Made by a program: the position numbers and the translations under genes. 64,000 nucleotides of DNA, taken from assembly GCA_963752595.1 (NCBI GenBank), contig CAVVYZ010000017.1, positions 32,001 to 96,000 on the forward strand, written 5' to 3'. Source of the DNA: an uncultured delta proteobacterium. Its GTDB lineage: Bacteria > Desulfobacterota > Desulfomonilia > UBA1062. The notes beneath the pieces were generated by a model, which saw only the letters and a program-made list of their open reading frames with translations, ran no database searches and was not told where the DNA came from. Below are positions 33,401-43,823 of this stretch, piece by piece; position 1 is the first letter of the stretch; every line of letters begins with the position of its first letter.

Positions 33401-34213
33401 CTAAATGACACCCTTGAGGAACTGCACTGCATTATCGAATATGGCCATCCCCTCTCCTTTACGCGGGACATCTTTTAACCTTGTCCAGTTCGGATGGTTT
33501 GCCGGATGCGTGAAGGCCTCCGGGTGCGGCATGAGTCCGAAGATACGCCCTGTCCGGTCGCATATTCCTGCTATTGCTTCTGCTGATCCGTTGGGATTGT
33601 GTGGGTATTCCATCGTAGGCTCGAATGACCCGTCTGTATACCTTAACGAAGCGAGGTGATTATCCCGGACCTCTGCAAGGGTAGAATCGGTATCGCAAAT
33701 GAACTTCCCTTCCCCGTGGCGGACCGGCAAAAAGATATGGTCAATACCCCTGGTGAAGATGCATGGGCTTGAAGGGTCGGCTGCCATCTTCACCCAGCGG
33801 TCTTCAAATTTAGCCGAGTCATTGGAGATAAGGGAAACACGGCGTTTCCCGAATGGAGAGCCGGGTAGTAACCCAGATTTGACGAGGGCCTGAAAGCCGT
33901 TGCATACGCCGAGGATGATCATGCCTCTCTCAAAAAACTCTACGATTTCTTCGAACAGGGTCTTTCCCGTTTTCTCTATTTTTGCATGTTTGAGCCGTAC
34001 ACTTTCCACCTGCGCAGAACCGAGGTCGTCACCGTCTAAGAAACCGCCGGGGAGGTTGAGAAAATGATAGTTGCCGATACGGACCTTTCCCTTGAGGATA
34101 TCCGAGAGGTGGGCGATATCGCTTACGGCCCCGGCTAACCTGCACGCGTGTGCCATTTCTGTCTCGCAGTTCGTACCGAAACCTGTAATGATCAGTGCCT
34201 TTATCTGTGCCAT
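33401..34213 (-). CDS. purQ: FGAM synthase glutaminase subunit
   Basis: GTNCE, PGGFLDGD, GVCNGFQ, HGEG, MPHPE. Confidence 0.93.
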   Translation of the reverse strand: MAQIKALIITGFGTNCETEMAHACRLAGAVSDIAHLSDILKGKVRIGNYHFLNLPGGFLDGDDLGSAQVESVRLKHAKIEKTGKTLFEEIVEFFERGMIILGVCNGFQALVKSGLLPGSPFGKRRVSLISNDSAKFEDRWVKMAADPSSPCIFTRGIDHIFLPVRHGEGKFICDTDSTLAEVRDNHLASLRYTDGSFEPTMEYPHNPNGSAEAIAGICDRTGRIFGLMPHPEAFTHPANHPNWTRLKDVPRKGEGMAIFDNAVQFLKGVI

Positions 34214-34214
34214 A

Positions 34215-37163
34215 TTATAAGTCCAGAGGAGCCTTCCATGATGCCTTCAGCTTAGGGAGCTGCCGATCAATGAGTATCTCGCCGTGGCTGGAGTGTATGA
34301 TAAGTTTTTGATCAGGCAGCGCTCGTCCGATGCGCCGGGCGTCATCGCCGAATAATTTTTCAAGGGCGAAAGCGTTTTCAGGGGAAACAGAGACGATGAT
34401 CCTGCTCTGCGTTTCCGAATAGAGGATTTCGGTATCGTTCAAGTCCTGATCGATCGCTACGTCTTTCAACTCTACCGATATTCCCACCGAACCGGCAAAA
34501 GCAGCCTCAGCAAGGGCAACCGCCAAGCCGCCGTCAGAGATGTCATGAGCTGATGCAATAAGACCCCTGCGAATGGCCTTATGCAGCAGTTTGTAGCGCT
34601 TCAGCGCCTTGTGCGCATCGACCTTTGGAACCGACGAGCCGATCATACCATATGTTGCAAAAAACTCGCTTCCTCCGAGCTCTTTCCTCGTCACTCCGAG
34701 CAGATAAATGAGATCGCCAGGTTTTTTGATATCCATGGTCACAGCCGTAGTGATATCATCAATCTTGCCTATCACGGAGATCAGGATGGTGGGAGGGATG
34801 GATATTTTAATCCCAGGACCGATGTAATCGTTCTTCATGCTGTCCTTGCCGGAGATAAGCGGACACCGGTAGGCTTTTGTATAGTCATAGAGAGCCTTAT
34901 TGGTTCGTACCAGCTGGGCAAGCTTATATTCTCCATCCGGATTCCTTTCGCTTACGACCGGGTCGCACCAGCAGAAATTATCGAGACACGCCCAGTGATC
35001 GGGATTGCCGCCCACGCATACGTAGTTTCTCAAGGCCTCATCGAGAGCGCATGCCGTCATGTGGAACGCATCGATATCAGAGTACCGGGGAATAATCCCG
35101 TTCGAGACGACTACTCCCTGAAGCGAATCGAGCACGGGACGGATCACCGCAGCATCGGAGGGTCCGTCGCACTGCTCTCCGACGAGGGGTTTTACAATAG
35201 AGCCTCCCTGCACCTCATGGTCATATTGCCGAACGATATATTCTTTGGAACAGATGTTGAGCCGTGAGAGCATCTCTTCAATCTTGGCATTATGGTCCAC
35301 CAGCACGGGTGTCTGCTGCTCCGGTTCGTTCCTATTTTTCCATCGGGCATTCAGCTTCATCTTGGGCAGACCGTTATGCAGGAAATCAAGCTCGATATAG
35401 GCTACAGTCTTATCTCTATAGGTACAGTGAAAATATCCTGAATCCGTAAACTCTCCGATTACCGTGGATTCCACATCCATCTGTCGGGAAAGCTCAAGGA
35501 ATTTATGCAGTTTCCCGCGTGTAACTGCGAGCGTCATGCGCTCTTGCGCTTCGGATAGGAGAATCTCCCAAGGGTCCAACCCCTGATATTTCAAAGGCGG
35601 CTTGTCCAGTTCGATCAGGCATCCCCCCGATAGTTGTGCCATTTCTCCGATTGATGAAGAGAGCCCTCCTGCACCGTTGTCGGTTATAGCCCGGTACAGG
35701 CCAAGATCCCTTGCCCTGAGGAGGAAATCGGTGAGTTTCTTCTGGGTTATGGGGTCGCCGATCTGCACGGCAGAGGTGGGTGAATCCTCATGGAGTTCCT
35801 CTGATGAGAATGTCGCCCCATGGATCCCGTCCTTGCCTATTCTTCCCCCTGCCATGATTATGAGATCTCCTGGCAGGAGGCTCTTTTCGTGAGAAGGGAT
35901 TCCGTTTATCGTTCTGGGCATGATGCCTGCCGTTCCGCAGTAGACGAGAGGCTTTCCCAGGTAACGGTTGTCAAAGACGATGCTTCCGTTGACGGTCGGG
36001 ATCCCGGATTTGTTTCCTCCGTGTTCCACCCCTTCCCTCACGCCTTCGAAGATTCTTAAGGGGTGGAGGATCTTGGGTGGAAGGGTTCCGGAGTAAAAGG
36101 GATCGGCAAAGCAGAAAACGTCGGTATTGAAGATGAGCTTGGCGCCGAGGCCTGTTCCAAACGGGTCACGATTGACGCCTACGATGCCGGTCAATGCACC
36201 TCCGTAAGGATCGAGGGCTGACGGGGAATTGTGGGTCTCCACTTTGAAGACGAGATTATATTCGTCATTAAAGCGGATCACGCCTGCGTTGTCGGTGAAT
36301 ACGCTTATACAGATATCGTCTGCTCCGGCTTCCTCGCGGATTTCCCGTGTTGACCGCTGGATGTAGGATTTGAAAAGTGAGGTTATATTCTCGGTACGGC
36401 CGTCTTCCTTATACGTGATGTCTGCATTGAAGATCTTATGTTTACAGTGCTCCGACCATGTCTGGGCAAGACACTCGAGCTCCACGTCCGTTAACCCGTC
36501 TGTCAGGCCGAGGGTTTTCCTTTCTTCGATCACCAGGGGATCCTGTACGTACGCGGCGATGACCTTCATCTCCTCGACGGTCAAGGCAAGGGTCCGTTCT
36601 CTGGAGAGGCTCGAGAGCGCTGAATCACTCAAGGTCAGTGATACTTCCTCTACGCTGGGGGTATGGTTGAGCATCACCTTGGATATGTGAGGCTTTATCG
36701 ACATGGTTTCGTCAGGATCCATCACCCGGAAATACTGGATAAGGGAATTGGCCAGGCAATCCCGGGCTATCCTTGTTGCGGCTTCTCTTGTTATCGCACC
36801 TTTAAAGAGAAAAGCCCTGGCAGAATATACAGGGCTGTCATTGGATGTAATGAGTTTCAGGGTATATGTAGCGCTTTTACCTACGTTATCTGTTACACCG
36901 GGCTTGTAGCCCACCTCGATATACCAGTCGAAATCTTTTGTGAGCGGCGCATTAACGGCTATATCCTGAACCACGGGATCGAGGAAGGCTTCCCTGATCC
37001 ACTCATCATGCAGGGCGCTTGCATCAATGGTATATATGTCGAGGCATCGGATTTTTACATCGGTGCCTAAGGAGGGAAACGCATGCAGAATCTGACGCTT
37101 TGTTCGTTCCCCTCGAGCATCGAAGAGTCCGGGCTTGAGGCCTACCTCAACCCTATAGGGCAT
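34215..37163 (-). CDS. purL: FGAM synthase synthetase subunit with N-terminal PurS-like extension
   Basis: WSEHCKHK, ETHNSPS, DGIHGA, SEAQERM, GKDSM. Confidence 0.95.
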   Translation of the reverse strand: MPYRVEVGLKPGLFDARGERTKRQILHAFPSLGTDVKIRCLDIYTIDASALHDEWIREAFLDPVVQDIAVNAPLTKDFDWYIEVGYKPGVTDNVGKSATYTLKLITSNDSPVYSARAFLFKGAITREAATRIARDCLANSLIQYFRVMDPDETMSIKPHISKVMLNHTPSVEEVSLTLSDSALSSLSRERTLALTVEEMKVIAAYVQDPLVIEERKTLGLTDGLTDVELECLAQTWSEHCKHKIFNADITYKEDGRTENITSLFKSYIQRSTREIREEAGADDICISVFTDNAGVIRFNDEYNLVFKVETHNSPSALDPYGGALTGIVGVNRDPFGTGLGAKLIFNTDVFCFADPFYSGTLPPKILHPLRIFEGVREGVEHGGNKSGIPTVNGSIVFDNRYLGKPLVYCGTAGIMPRTINGIPSHEKSLLPGDLIIMAGGRIGKDGIHGATFSSEELHEDSPTSAVQIGDPITQKKLTDFLLRARDLGLYRAITDNGAGGLSSSIGEMAQLSGGCLIELDKPPLKYQGLDPWEILLSEAQERMTLAVTRGKLHKFLELSRQMDVESTVIGEFTDSGYFHCTYRDKTVAYIELDFLHNGLPKMKLNARWKNRNEPEQQTPVLVDHNAKIEEMLSRLNICSKEYIVRQYDHEVQGGSIVKPLVGEQCDGPSDAAVIRPVLDSLQGVVVSNGIIPRYSDIDAFHMTACALDEALRNYVCVGGNPDHWACLDNFCWCDPVVSERNPDGEYKLAQLVRTNKALYDYTKAYRCPLISGKDSMKNDYIGPGIKISIPPTILISVIGKIDDITTAVTMDIKKPGDLIYLLGVTRKELGGSEFFATYGMIGSSVPKVDAHKALKRYKLLHKAIRRGLIASAHDISDGGLAVALAEAAFAGSVGISVELKDVAIDQDLNDTEILYSETQSRIIVSVSPENAFALEKLFGDDARRIGRALPDQKLIIHSSHGEILIDRQLPKLKASWKAPLDL

Positions 37164-37167
37164 CTCC

Positions 37168-37554
37168 CTACCCCTTTTCTTCGAGATACAGGTTCGTATG
37201 ACCTTCTATGCTTTCTCTCTCGGACTTACATTTGACACACAAGATAGCAAAAGGCATTGCCTTAAGCCTGCCGACCGGGATATTTTCTCCGCAATCTTCG
37301 CAATAACCATATTCGCCGTTTTCCATTCTGGACAAAGCGCTTTCGATCTGCTCGAGCTTCTGCTGCTCCCGTGTACTGAGCAAGAGATTAAACTCACGGG
37401 ACTGCTCGAGATCCGCGTCGTCGAAGATATCCCCGATCTCTCTCTGGTCGGAAATATCGTTGGATTTGATCCTCTCCTCCAGATTCTTGAGAATCTCGTG
37501 TTTCATTTCGGCTAGGATCTCCTTTATCTCAAGGAGCTCATTTTTTCTCAGCAT
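37168..37554 (-). CDS. DksA/TraR family C4 zinc-finger protein
   Basis: Coiled coil with DIFDDA tip, CEDC...CVKC; ATG 37554 after GGAGG; TTGACA-N16-TATAAG upstream. Confidence 0.88.
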   Translation of the reverse strand: MLRKNELLEIKEILAEMKHEILKNLEERIKSNDISDQREIGDIFDDADLEQSREFNLLLSTREQQKLEQIESALSRMENGEYGYCEDCGENIPVGRLKAMPFAILCVKCKSERESIEGHTNLYLEEKG

Positions 37555-37686
37555 TCCGTCCTCCGTTTTCACTTTGAAAGTAGGGTACTTATACTGATAA
37601 ATCAATATCTGTCAACACTAAATGATCAAGGCAATAATGCCTTGAAAATATGGACACATATCATTTTATTTGAAAATTTACCGGTT

Positions 37687-38913
37687 CTATAGGATTTTAA
37701 TGTCGTTATATTTCCACGACGGATGGAATATTTCACAGTCGATGAATTCTCCTTGTTCGACGATCTGTCTCCCCTTCGGAATGATCATGTAGCAATTTGC
37801 CCGGGAAAGGGATGAGAGGATGCCCGAGCCCTGAGGGCCGGCAGGGGTTACAATGATCTCACCGCCGTAATTTTCCAGGATGCCGCTCATGTAGTGTGGC
37901 CTGTCTCCGGAGCTTTTCACTGTACAGGAGAGTTTCGCCGGGAGCTTCGGAAGCAGGAGATCGGTCGATCCCATGAGTTTGAGTATGGCAGGCCTGGCAA
38001 ACTGGTAAAAGGATGTCATGGTGGAAAGCGGGTTACCGGGTAGCCCTATGGCCGGGACCCCGTTTATCTCACCAAAAGCAAGGGGTCTTCCCGGCTTTAT
38101 ATCCACCTTCCAGAAAGCCATGGAATTGGCCCCTTCCGTCATGACTTCCCGGACGATATCGAAATCACCCATGGAAACCCCGCCGGAGGTGAGAATAAGG
38201 TCTGCCTTTCCCGACATGGAAAATTTCTCGATGAGATCCTTTTTCGTATCCTTTGCAATCCCGAGATATAAAGGTATGGCGCCAAGCTCCGTTATCAGGC
38301 CTTTTAAGGTAAAGGAATTCGACGACGAGATCTTGTTCTCGCCGAGTTCCTCATCGAACTCCGCTACTTCGTCACCGGTCGCAAGAACGGCGACGACAGG
38401 CCTCTGGTGGCAGAAAACCATGATTTGCCTGATCGAAGCAAGGAGACCGATCCGGGCCGGGCCGAGATATGAGCCCTTTGTCAGTACTATATCTCCTTTC
38501 CGGATGTCCTCGCCCATGAAGCGGACGTTTTCATTTTTCTTCGGAACCTTACGGATAACGACCGCCCCATCCAGTTCCAGTGTGTCTTCCCTTTTGATCA
38601 CTGCATCAGCTCCGGGCGGAACAGGTGCGCCGGTCATGATCTTTACCGCCTGACCTTTACCGAAAGGCCCTTGAGGAACCCCACCTGCAGGAATTTCGTA
38701 TGCTATTTCCAGGCGGGATTCAGCCTCTTTGATGTCAGCTTCATGCACGGCATATCCGTCCATCGCTGAGTTGTCCCATGGGGGGATATCCCTTGCTGAG
38801 ACAATATCTTCCGCGAGATACCTGTCGAGGGCCTGTTCGATGAACACCTTCTCGGCATTGAGGGGGGAAATCCTGTTCAAAATGAGTTCACGGGCTTGTT
38901 CAACAGTGATCAT
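37687..38913 (-). CDS. moeA: Molybdopterin molybdotransferase
   Basis: NSAMDGYAV, IMTGAPVP, TGDE, SGGVSMG, GLPGNP. Confidence 0.95.
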   Translation of the reverse strand: MITVEQARELILNRISPLNAEKVFIEQALDRYLAEDIVSARDIPPWDNSAMDGYAVHEADIKEAESRLEIAYEIPAGGVPQGPFGKGQAVKIMTGAPVPPGADAVIKREDTLELDGAVVIRKVPKKNENVRFMGEDIRKGDIVLTKGSYLGPARIGLLASIRQIMVFCHQRPVVAVLATGDEVAEFDEELGENKISSSNSFTLKGLITELGAIPLYLGIAKDTKKDLIEKFSMSGKADLILTSGGVSMGDFDIVREVMTEGANSMAFWKVDIKPGRPLAFGEINGVPAIGLPGNPLSTMTSFYQFARPAILKLMGSTDLLLPKLPAKLSCTVKSSGDRPHYMSGILENYGGEIIVTPAGPQGSGILSSLSRANCYMIIPKGRQIVEQGEFIDCEIFHPSWKYNDIKIL

Positions 38914-38962
38914 TTTCAAATCCTTTTCCAAAATCGATTTATCCTAGAGGACCCGATCATAC

Positions 38963-40432
38963 ATGTCAAGATTCGATCGCCTTTCGTCGATAGAAACACC
39001 TATGGAGTATACGGATATCCTTGCACCCTTGGAGATAGAACTGCAGAAGGTCAATTCCCTTGGCGGAAGCATGGCCGTGGTCGTCATACCCGAGCGGTAT
39101 GCCGATAAGGCCCTTGCATGCAAGAGAGGGGTAGATACTGCAGTAAAAATGAATGATTATCTCATCTTGGGGTTGTTCGGTACCCAGGCAGATGAGGCGA
39201 GTGCGCGGTTTCTCTCCATCCCGAAAGGCATTGCCGTATATCCCCAGGACGGGAAAGACATACAGACCCTGTTCTTCGAGGCCCTGGAGCGTCTGCGTTT
39301 CATGGGAAGCTCCAACTGGGTCAAGCGTCTCTGGGATTCGATCAAAGAGGTAAAGTCGCTTGAAAGCAAGGAAGATCAGGAGAGCAGGTTCATCGAAGCT
39401 ACCTTCTACCAGTTCCTCACATTTCTCACCTCGCATCCCAACGAACTGAAAAAGGTCTTAGCAGGCATGAACGCCTCCGAACTTTCGTGGGTGAAGGATT
39501 ATATCCCGTACGGATTTTTCTCTACCCCCCCTACTGACCAAAGCATTTCCGATGAGGAGATTAGCACCCTGTTTAACGAGTGGCAATACCAGGAGAAGAT
39601 GGATGCCAAGCTAGAAAAGGGGAAGACCACCTTGCGGAAATTCCGGAATATAGAGCACCTCTTCACCTTGCCTTCCATATCCCAGGAGATAATAGATCTG
39701 GCAGGTGATTCACTCATTGCTGCTTCAAAAATGGCCAGGGTAATTGAAAAAGACCCTGTGCTGACCTCCCGGATTCTGAAAGTGGTCAATTCGGCATTTT
39801 ACGGATTTCGCAGGCAGATCGATTCGGTGGAGCAGTCAGTAGTGATCCTTGGGAACGATGAGGTTATCAACCTTGCTTTTTCCATAGCCATCCACAAGAT
39901 CCTTGAAAGCATAGCCCCTGAGAACGCAGAGAGGCTGTGGGAGCACAGCCTGGTAACCGCCCAGATATCACAGTGGCTAGGGCCTTTCATGGGGTACGCG
40001 GCAAAGCAGCTTCTGTATACGGTAGGATTGCTGCATGACTTCGGGAAGATCGTGTTCCTGCAGCGGGGATATTATATCGGAGGGATCGAAGGCCCATCTT
40101 CCCTGGAAGATCTTTCTTCGGAAGAGGCCGATTCGGGTATATCCCATGCAGAAATGGGCGCATATGTTGCCGAGCGGTGGAACCTGCCCGAGGCAATCGT
40201 GGATGCGCTGCTGAGTCACCATCTCCCGAGCAAGGCTCATGATACTGGGCTTGCCGTTACCGTGCATTTGGCAGACGTCATCGCGCACTGCGGCCGGATA
40301 GATATGTCCAAGATGAACAGCGCAGCGGTGAAATTTATCTCGGAGAAGAAAGGTCCTGCTCTGTCGCAGGGTATGATAGCCCATACCCTGGAAGAGATAG
40401 TAGGACGGGTGAAAGCAGTACTGGATACATAA
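38963..40432 (+). CDS. HDOD-domain protein with a degenerate GGDEF-like N-terminus
   Basis: DPVLTSRILKVVNSAFYG, WEHSL, GLLHDFGK, HAEMGAYVAERWNLP; N-terminal GIAVYPQDG. Confidence 0.82.
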   Translation: MSRFDRLSSIETPMEYTDILAPLEIELQKVNSLGGSMAVVVIPERYADKALACKRGVDTAVKMNDYLILGLFGTQADEASARFLSIPKGIAVYPQDGKDIQTLFFEALERLRFMGSSNWVKRLWDSIKEVKSLESKEDQESRFIEATFYQFLTFLTSHPNELKKVLAGMNASELSWVKDYIPYGFFSTPPTDQSISDEEISTLFNEWQYQEKMDAKLEKGKTTLRKFRNIEHLFTLPSISQEIIDLAGDSLIAASKMARVIEKDPVLTSRILKVVNSAFYGFRRQIDSVEQSVVILGNDEVINLAFSIAIHKILESIAPENAERLWEHSLVTAQISQWLGPFMGYAAKQLLYTVGLLHDFGKIVFLQRGYYIGGIEGPSSLEDLSSEEADSGISHAEMGAYVAERWNLPEAIVDALLSHHLPSKAHDTGLAVTVHLADVIAHCGRIDMSKMNSAAVKFISEKKGPALSQGMIAHTLEEIVGRVKAVLDT

Positions 40433-41668
40433 ATGATCGAACGTGACATTGAATCAACCCTCAAAGAGCGCATCGTCTCCCTTGAAGAGGGGTACGAGCA
40501 GAAGATCGCCGAGCTTTCTCTCTTAAAAGAGCTCGGGGAGGCGCTCAAAGGGGCAAGCCTCGCCCATTGGAGCGAACTTTTCATCGGGCAGCTGGATATT
40601 ATCAAGCAGGCCACGGGGATCTTCAGCGTTTCAGTCATGCTCATCGATGAGAATACCCAGAACCTTTACATCGTAAGCGCCTCCATGAGAGGGGATTCAC
40701 CCAAGAGGCCGCCCATACTCCTGAAAAGGGGAGAAGGGATTGCCGGAAAGGTGTTCGAGACTACCCGGACCCTCTACATACCGGATGTTACCAAAGATCC
40801 CAACTTTTCCGACAGGGGAACAAAGCAAAGAGGATCTCTTGCCTGCGTCCCCATCATCTCCGAGGGCAGTTGCATCGGGGTCATCAATTTTCGTGACAGT
40901 GTCACCAGTTCGTTCGGTCCCAACGACCTGCGTTTTTTCGAGCTCATTGCAGACCAGCTCTCCATTACTGCCTCATTGGTACGAACCTATCAGGATCTGC
41001 TTGATTTGGAAAAAAAGAGGATGAACCTGGGCAGGTACTTCTCTCCGGGGCTAGCGGAACGCCTCGTGGCAGATGACCGGATGACCGAGCTCGGCGGACA
41101 GCGCAAAATGGTAAGCGTTTTGTTCGCAGACGTAACCGGGTTTACCACCATGGTGGATGCGAATGCAGTGGAAGATGTGGTGGAGGTCTTGAACCGGTTC
41201 TTCGAGACGGTTGTGCCGGTTATATTCAAACACGGAGGGATGCTGGACAAATTCCTGGGAGACGGAGTCATGGCGGTTTTCGGCATTCCGGATCCCGATG
41301 ACACGGACCCGGTACGGGCGATTAACTGCGCGGTGGATATCCAGAAGGGGATCGAGAAATTGAGAGAGCAGCTCGAAGCCGACAACCTGTTTCCCATTAC
41401 GGTGGGAATCGGGATTGCCACCGGGGTGGCGCTTGCGGGAAACATCGGAACAAAAAACCAGATGAATTATACCGTGATCGGAGAGCCCGTAAATCTTGCC
41501 CAGAGGCTGGAATCTGTCTGTGATCGAGGAGAAATTATCATATCGAACGTGACTATGGAAATGATTCCTCCGGGATCCGATCTCAATGCGTCTTTTGAGC
41601 CCATGGGCGCGATCAGGGTAAAAGGAATTCAGCGGGACGTGAAGCCTATGAAAGTGACCTATCGGTGA
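40433..41668 (+). CDS. GAF domain plus class III adenylate/guanylate cyclase
   Basis: GEGIAG and SLACVPI (GAF); LFADVTGFT, DKFLGDG, YTVIGEPVNLAQRLES, VKG. Confidence 0.9.
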   Translation: MIERDIESTLKERIVSLEEGYEQKIAELSLLKELGEALKGASLAHWSELFIGQLDIIKQATGIFSVSVMLIDENTQNLYIVSASMRGDSPKRPPILLKRGEGIAGKVFETTRTLYIPDVTKDPNFSDRGTKQRGSLACVPIISEGSCIGVINFRDSVTSSFGPNDLRFFELIADQLSITASLVRTYQDLLDLEKKRMNLGRYFSPGLAERLVADDRMTELGGQRKMVSVLFADVTGFTTMVDANAVEDVVEVLNRFFETVVPVIFKHGGMLDKFLGDGVMAVFGIPDPDDTDPVRAINCAVDIQKGIEKLREQLEADNLFPITVGIGIATGVALAGNIGTKNQMNYTVIGEPVNLAQRLESVCDRGEIIISNVTMEMIPPGSDLNASFEPMGAIRVKGIQRDVKPMKVTYR

Positions 41669-41830
41669 GAAAGCTCATATTGAGAAGAGGTAATCACCGG
41701 CAACTCCTCCCTGGAGGCCTATCGCAAACCACACGGCGCCGGCCTTGATGCGTGGACGCTCTGAGCGGGATTTCCAGCTACACAAGGACACCGATACGGT
41801 TTTCCAATCTTGTTGTTATTTTATTTTATA

Positions 41831-43246
41831 GAGCCGATTGCAAAACTCACAACGAGGGATAATATTGCGAATCAGCATATAAGTAATGAAATAGTGAAGA
41901 GAAAGCTCTATTCTTTTTGTGCTGAGCAAAAAGAAAGGAGAAGCGATGAGCAATCTCTTCGAGATATGGAATACCAGACAGGCGAGATTTTTCCATGGTT
42001 GGAAGAGAGACTCGATCCGTTGAGTGATAAGGAGCAGCAATTTGTGAGAGTTGTCTGTCTGATGGACCTGCCGAAGCACATGCAGGGGTATCGCTGGATC
42101 GGGATAGGGAGGAAGCGAGAGGACAGGGTCTCAATTGCGAAGGCGTTTGTGGCGAAGGCGGTATACAATTTTGAGACGACGAAGGTGCTCATGGAGTATC
42201 TGAAGGGGTGCAAGAATCCGAGGCGGTTATGCGGATGGGAGACGAGAGGAGATATTCCCTCTGAGTCGACCTTTTGCCGGGCGTTTGGGGAGTACTCCCA
42301 TGGATGCCTGCCACAGAAGATCCACGAGGCCATGGTGGAGGAGCATTGTGGGGACAAGCTTGTGGGTCATGTGAGCCGGGATGCGACGGCCATAGAGGCG
42401 CGAGAGACGAGAGAAGACGATAAAGAAAGAAGCGGGTGAAACTGCGTCGGTGCCGAAGAGGAAACGGGGCCGCCCCAGGCAGGGAGAAGAAGTTGCTCCC
42501 AAGCCTCCGAAGAGGCTGGATCTTCAGGTTGGCCGGAGCCTGGAGGAGAATCTAAAGGATCTGCCGTATCACTGTGCTGTAGGGACCAAGGTAGACAGCA
42601 AGGGATACAAGATGACCCGGAGGGGATACAAGCTGCATATCGACTGTATTGATGGGGATATTCCGGTGAGTGCATTATTAACCTCTGCGTCATTGCATGA
42701 TTCCCAGGCAGCGATACCGCTTATGCAGATGACGTCGAAGCGGGTGGTGAGTCTGTATGATCTTATGGATTCCGCCTATGATGCGCCGCAGATCAAGGAA
42801 TTCAGTGAGGCGCTCTCGCATGTTCCGATCATTGATCCCAACCAGAGGCGAGGAGAGAAGATCCCGCTTGATCCAGCCAGGAAAGCTCGTTTTGCGCAAA
42901 GGAGCAGTAGTGAGAGAGTAAACTCGTATCTGAAAGACAACCACGGAGGAAATCATATCCGGGTAAGGGGGGCATCCAAGATCATGGCACATCTCATGTT
43001 CGGGCTCATTGTCATAACGGCAAATCAGCTTTTTCAGATGCTTTGTTGAAAGGTGTACATGCAAACTAGGACATATTCTCGGTACTTCCTGTGCAGTATG
43101 GCGGACAGCTACGCCCGAAAATCCGCATTTGGGCAATTTTTAGAATGGTAACATCAGGTAAACAGCTCTCATGACCTTGAACACAGAAAGTAACAGCGGC
43201 TTTGGGCTTCAAAATCTAAACCGGCTGAGAGTTTTGCAATCGGCTC
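41831..43246 (+). mobile_element. Insertion sequence, IS5/IS1182-like, about 1416 bp
   Basis: Perfect 18-bp terminal inverted repeats GAGCCGATTGCAAAACTC (41831-41848 and 43229-43246), TA on both flanks. Confidence 0.88.
41946..43049 (+). pseudogene. DDE transposase with two apparent frameshifts (about 41980 and 42410)
   Basis: PSESTFCRAF, SRDATAIEA, GYKLH, SLHDSQ, MDSAYD, ERVNSYLK spread over different frames. Confidence 0.75.
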
Positions 43247-43302
43247 TATTGATAAACATTTTTCCCAATAAATATTGATTATAATAAAGAAAGGATTAAG
43301 CC

Positions 43303-43497
43303 ATGATAAACGTTGAACTTACCCATGAAGAATTTTCGTTGGTAAGAATGCTCCTCTTCAGAGAAGAAGCCTCCGTACGAGTTGAAACCCATCATGCACG
43401 AGGTGTATTCGAATACAGTGAATACTTGAGATCCCGCGAAAAAGAGATCAGGAAGCTTCTTGATAAATTGGAAAAGGTCAGTCCAGGCAAAGCATAA
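43303..43497 (+). CDS. Small hypothetical protein (64 aa)
   Basis: AAGGA SD, TATAAT upstream, amphipathic helical sequence. Confidence 0.55.
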   Translation: MINVELTHEEFSLVRMLLFREEASVRVETHHARGVFEYSEYLRSREKEIRKLLDKLEKVSPGKA

Positions 43498-43670
43498 ACA
43501 TCGGGCTGAATGAGCTGATCAGCTGACAAATCAATAATATCCCTGTACACTGAGGATGAAATATCGATTGCCATATTTATTCTAGATGAAAGTTATAATG
43601 TCCTTCAGATGAGTATGCGGAAGGCGCATGAATCTTTGTTGTATTCTTCAGCAAGGGCTTACCCGGGATA

Positions 43671-43725
43671 AGAATGAACCCTCATTCAGATATTCCTTGA
43701 CACTACCCTTCCTCGCGAGTAAAAT
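43671..43725 (+). promoter_or_regulatory. Sigma70 promoter of the fad operon with an upstream palindromic operator
   Basis: TTGACA(43697)-N17-TAAAAT(43720); AGAATGA-ACCC-TCATTCA at 43671-43688. Confidence 0.7.
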
Positions 43726-43823
43726 CTATACCTGCCCAAAACAACCAAAGTCGTTTGTGTTAGCTTTCCAGAATTCACGGAGAAAGACAAAGAAACATCT
43801 AAGCTCTCAGGAGGAGGAAAAAA

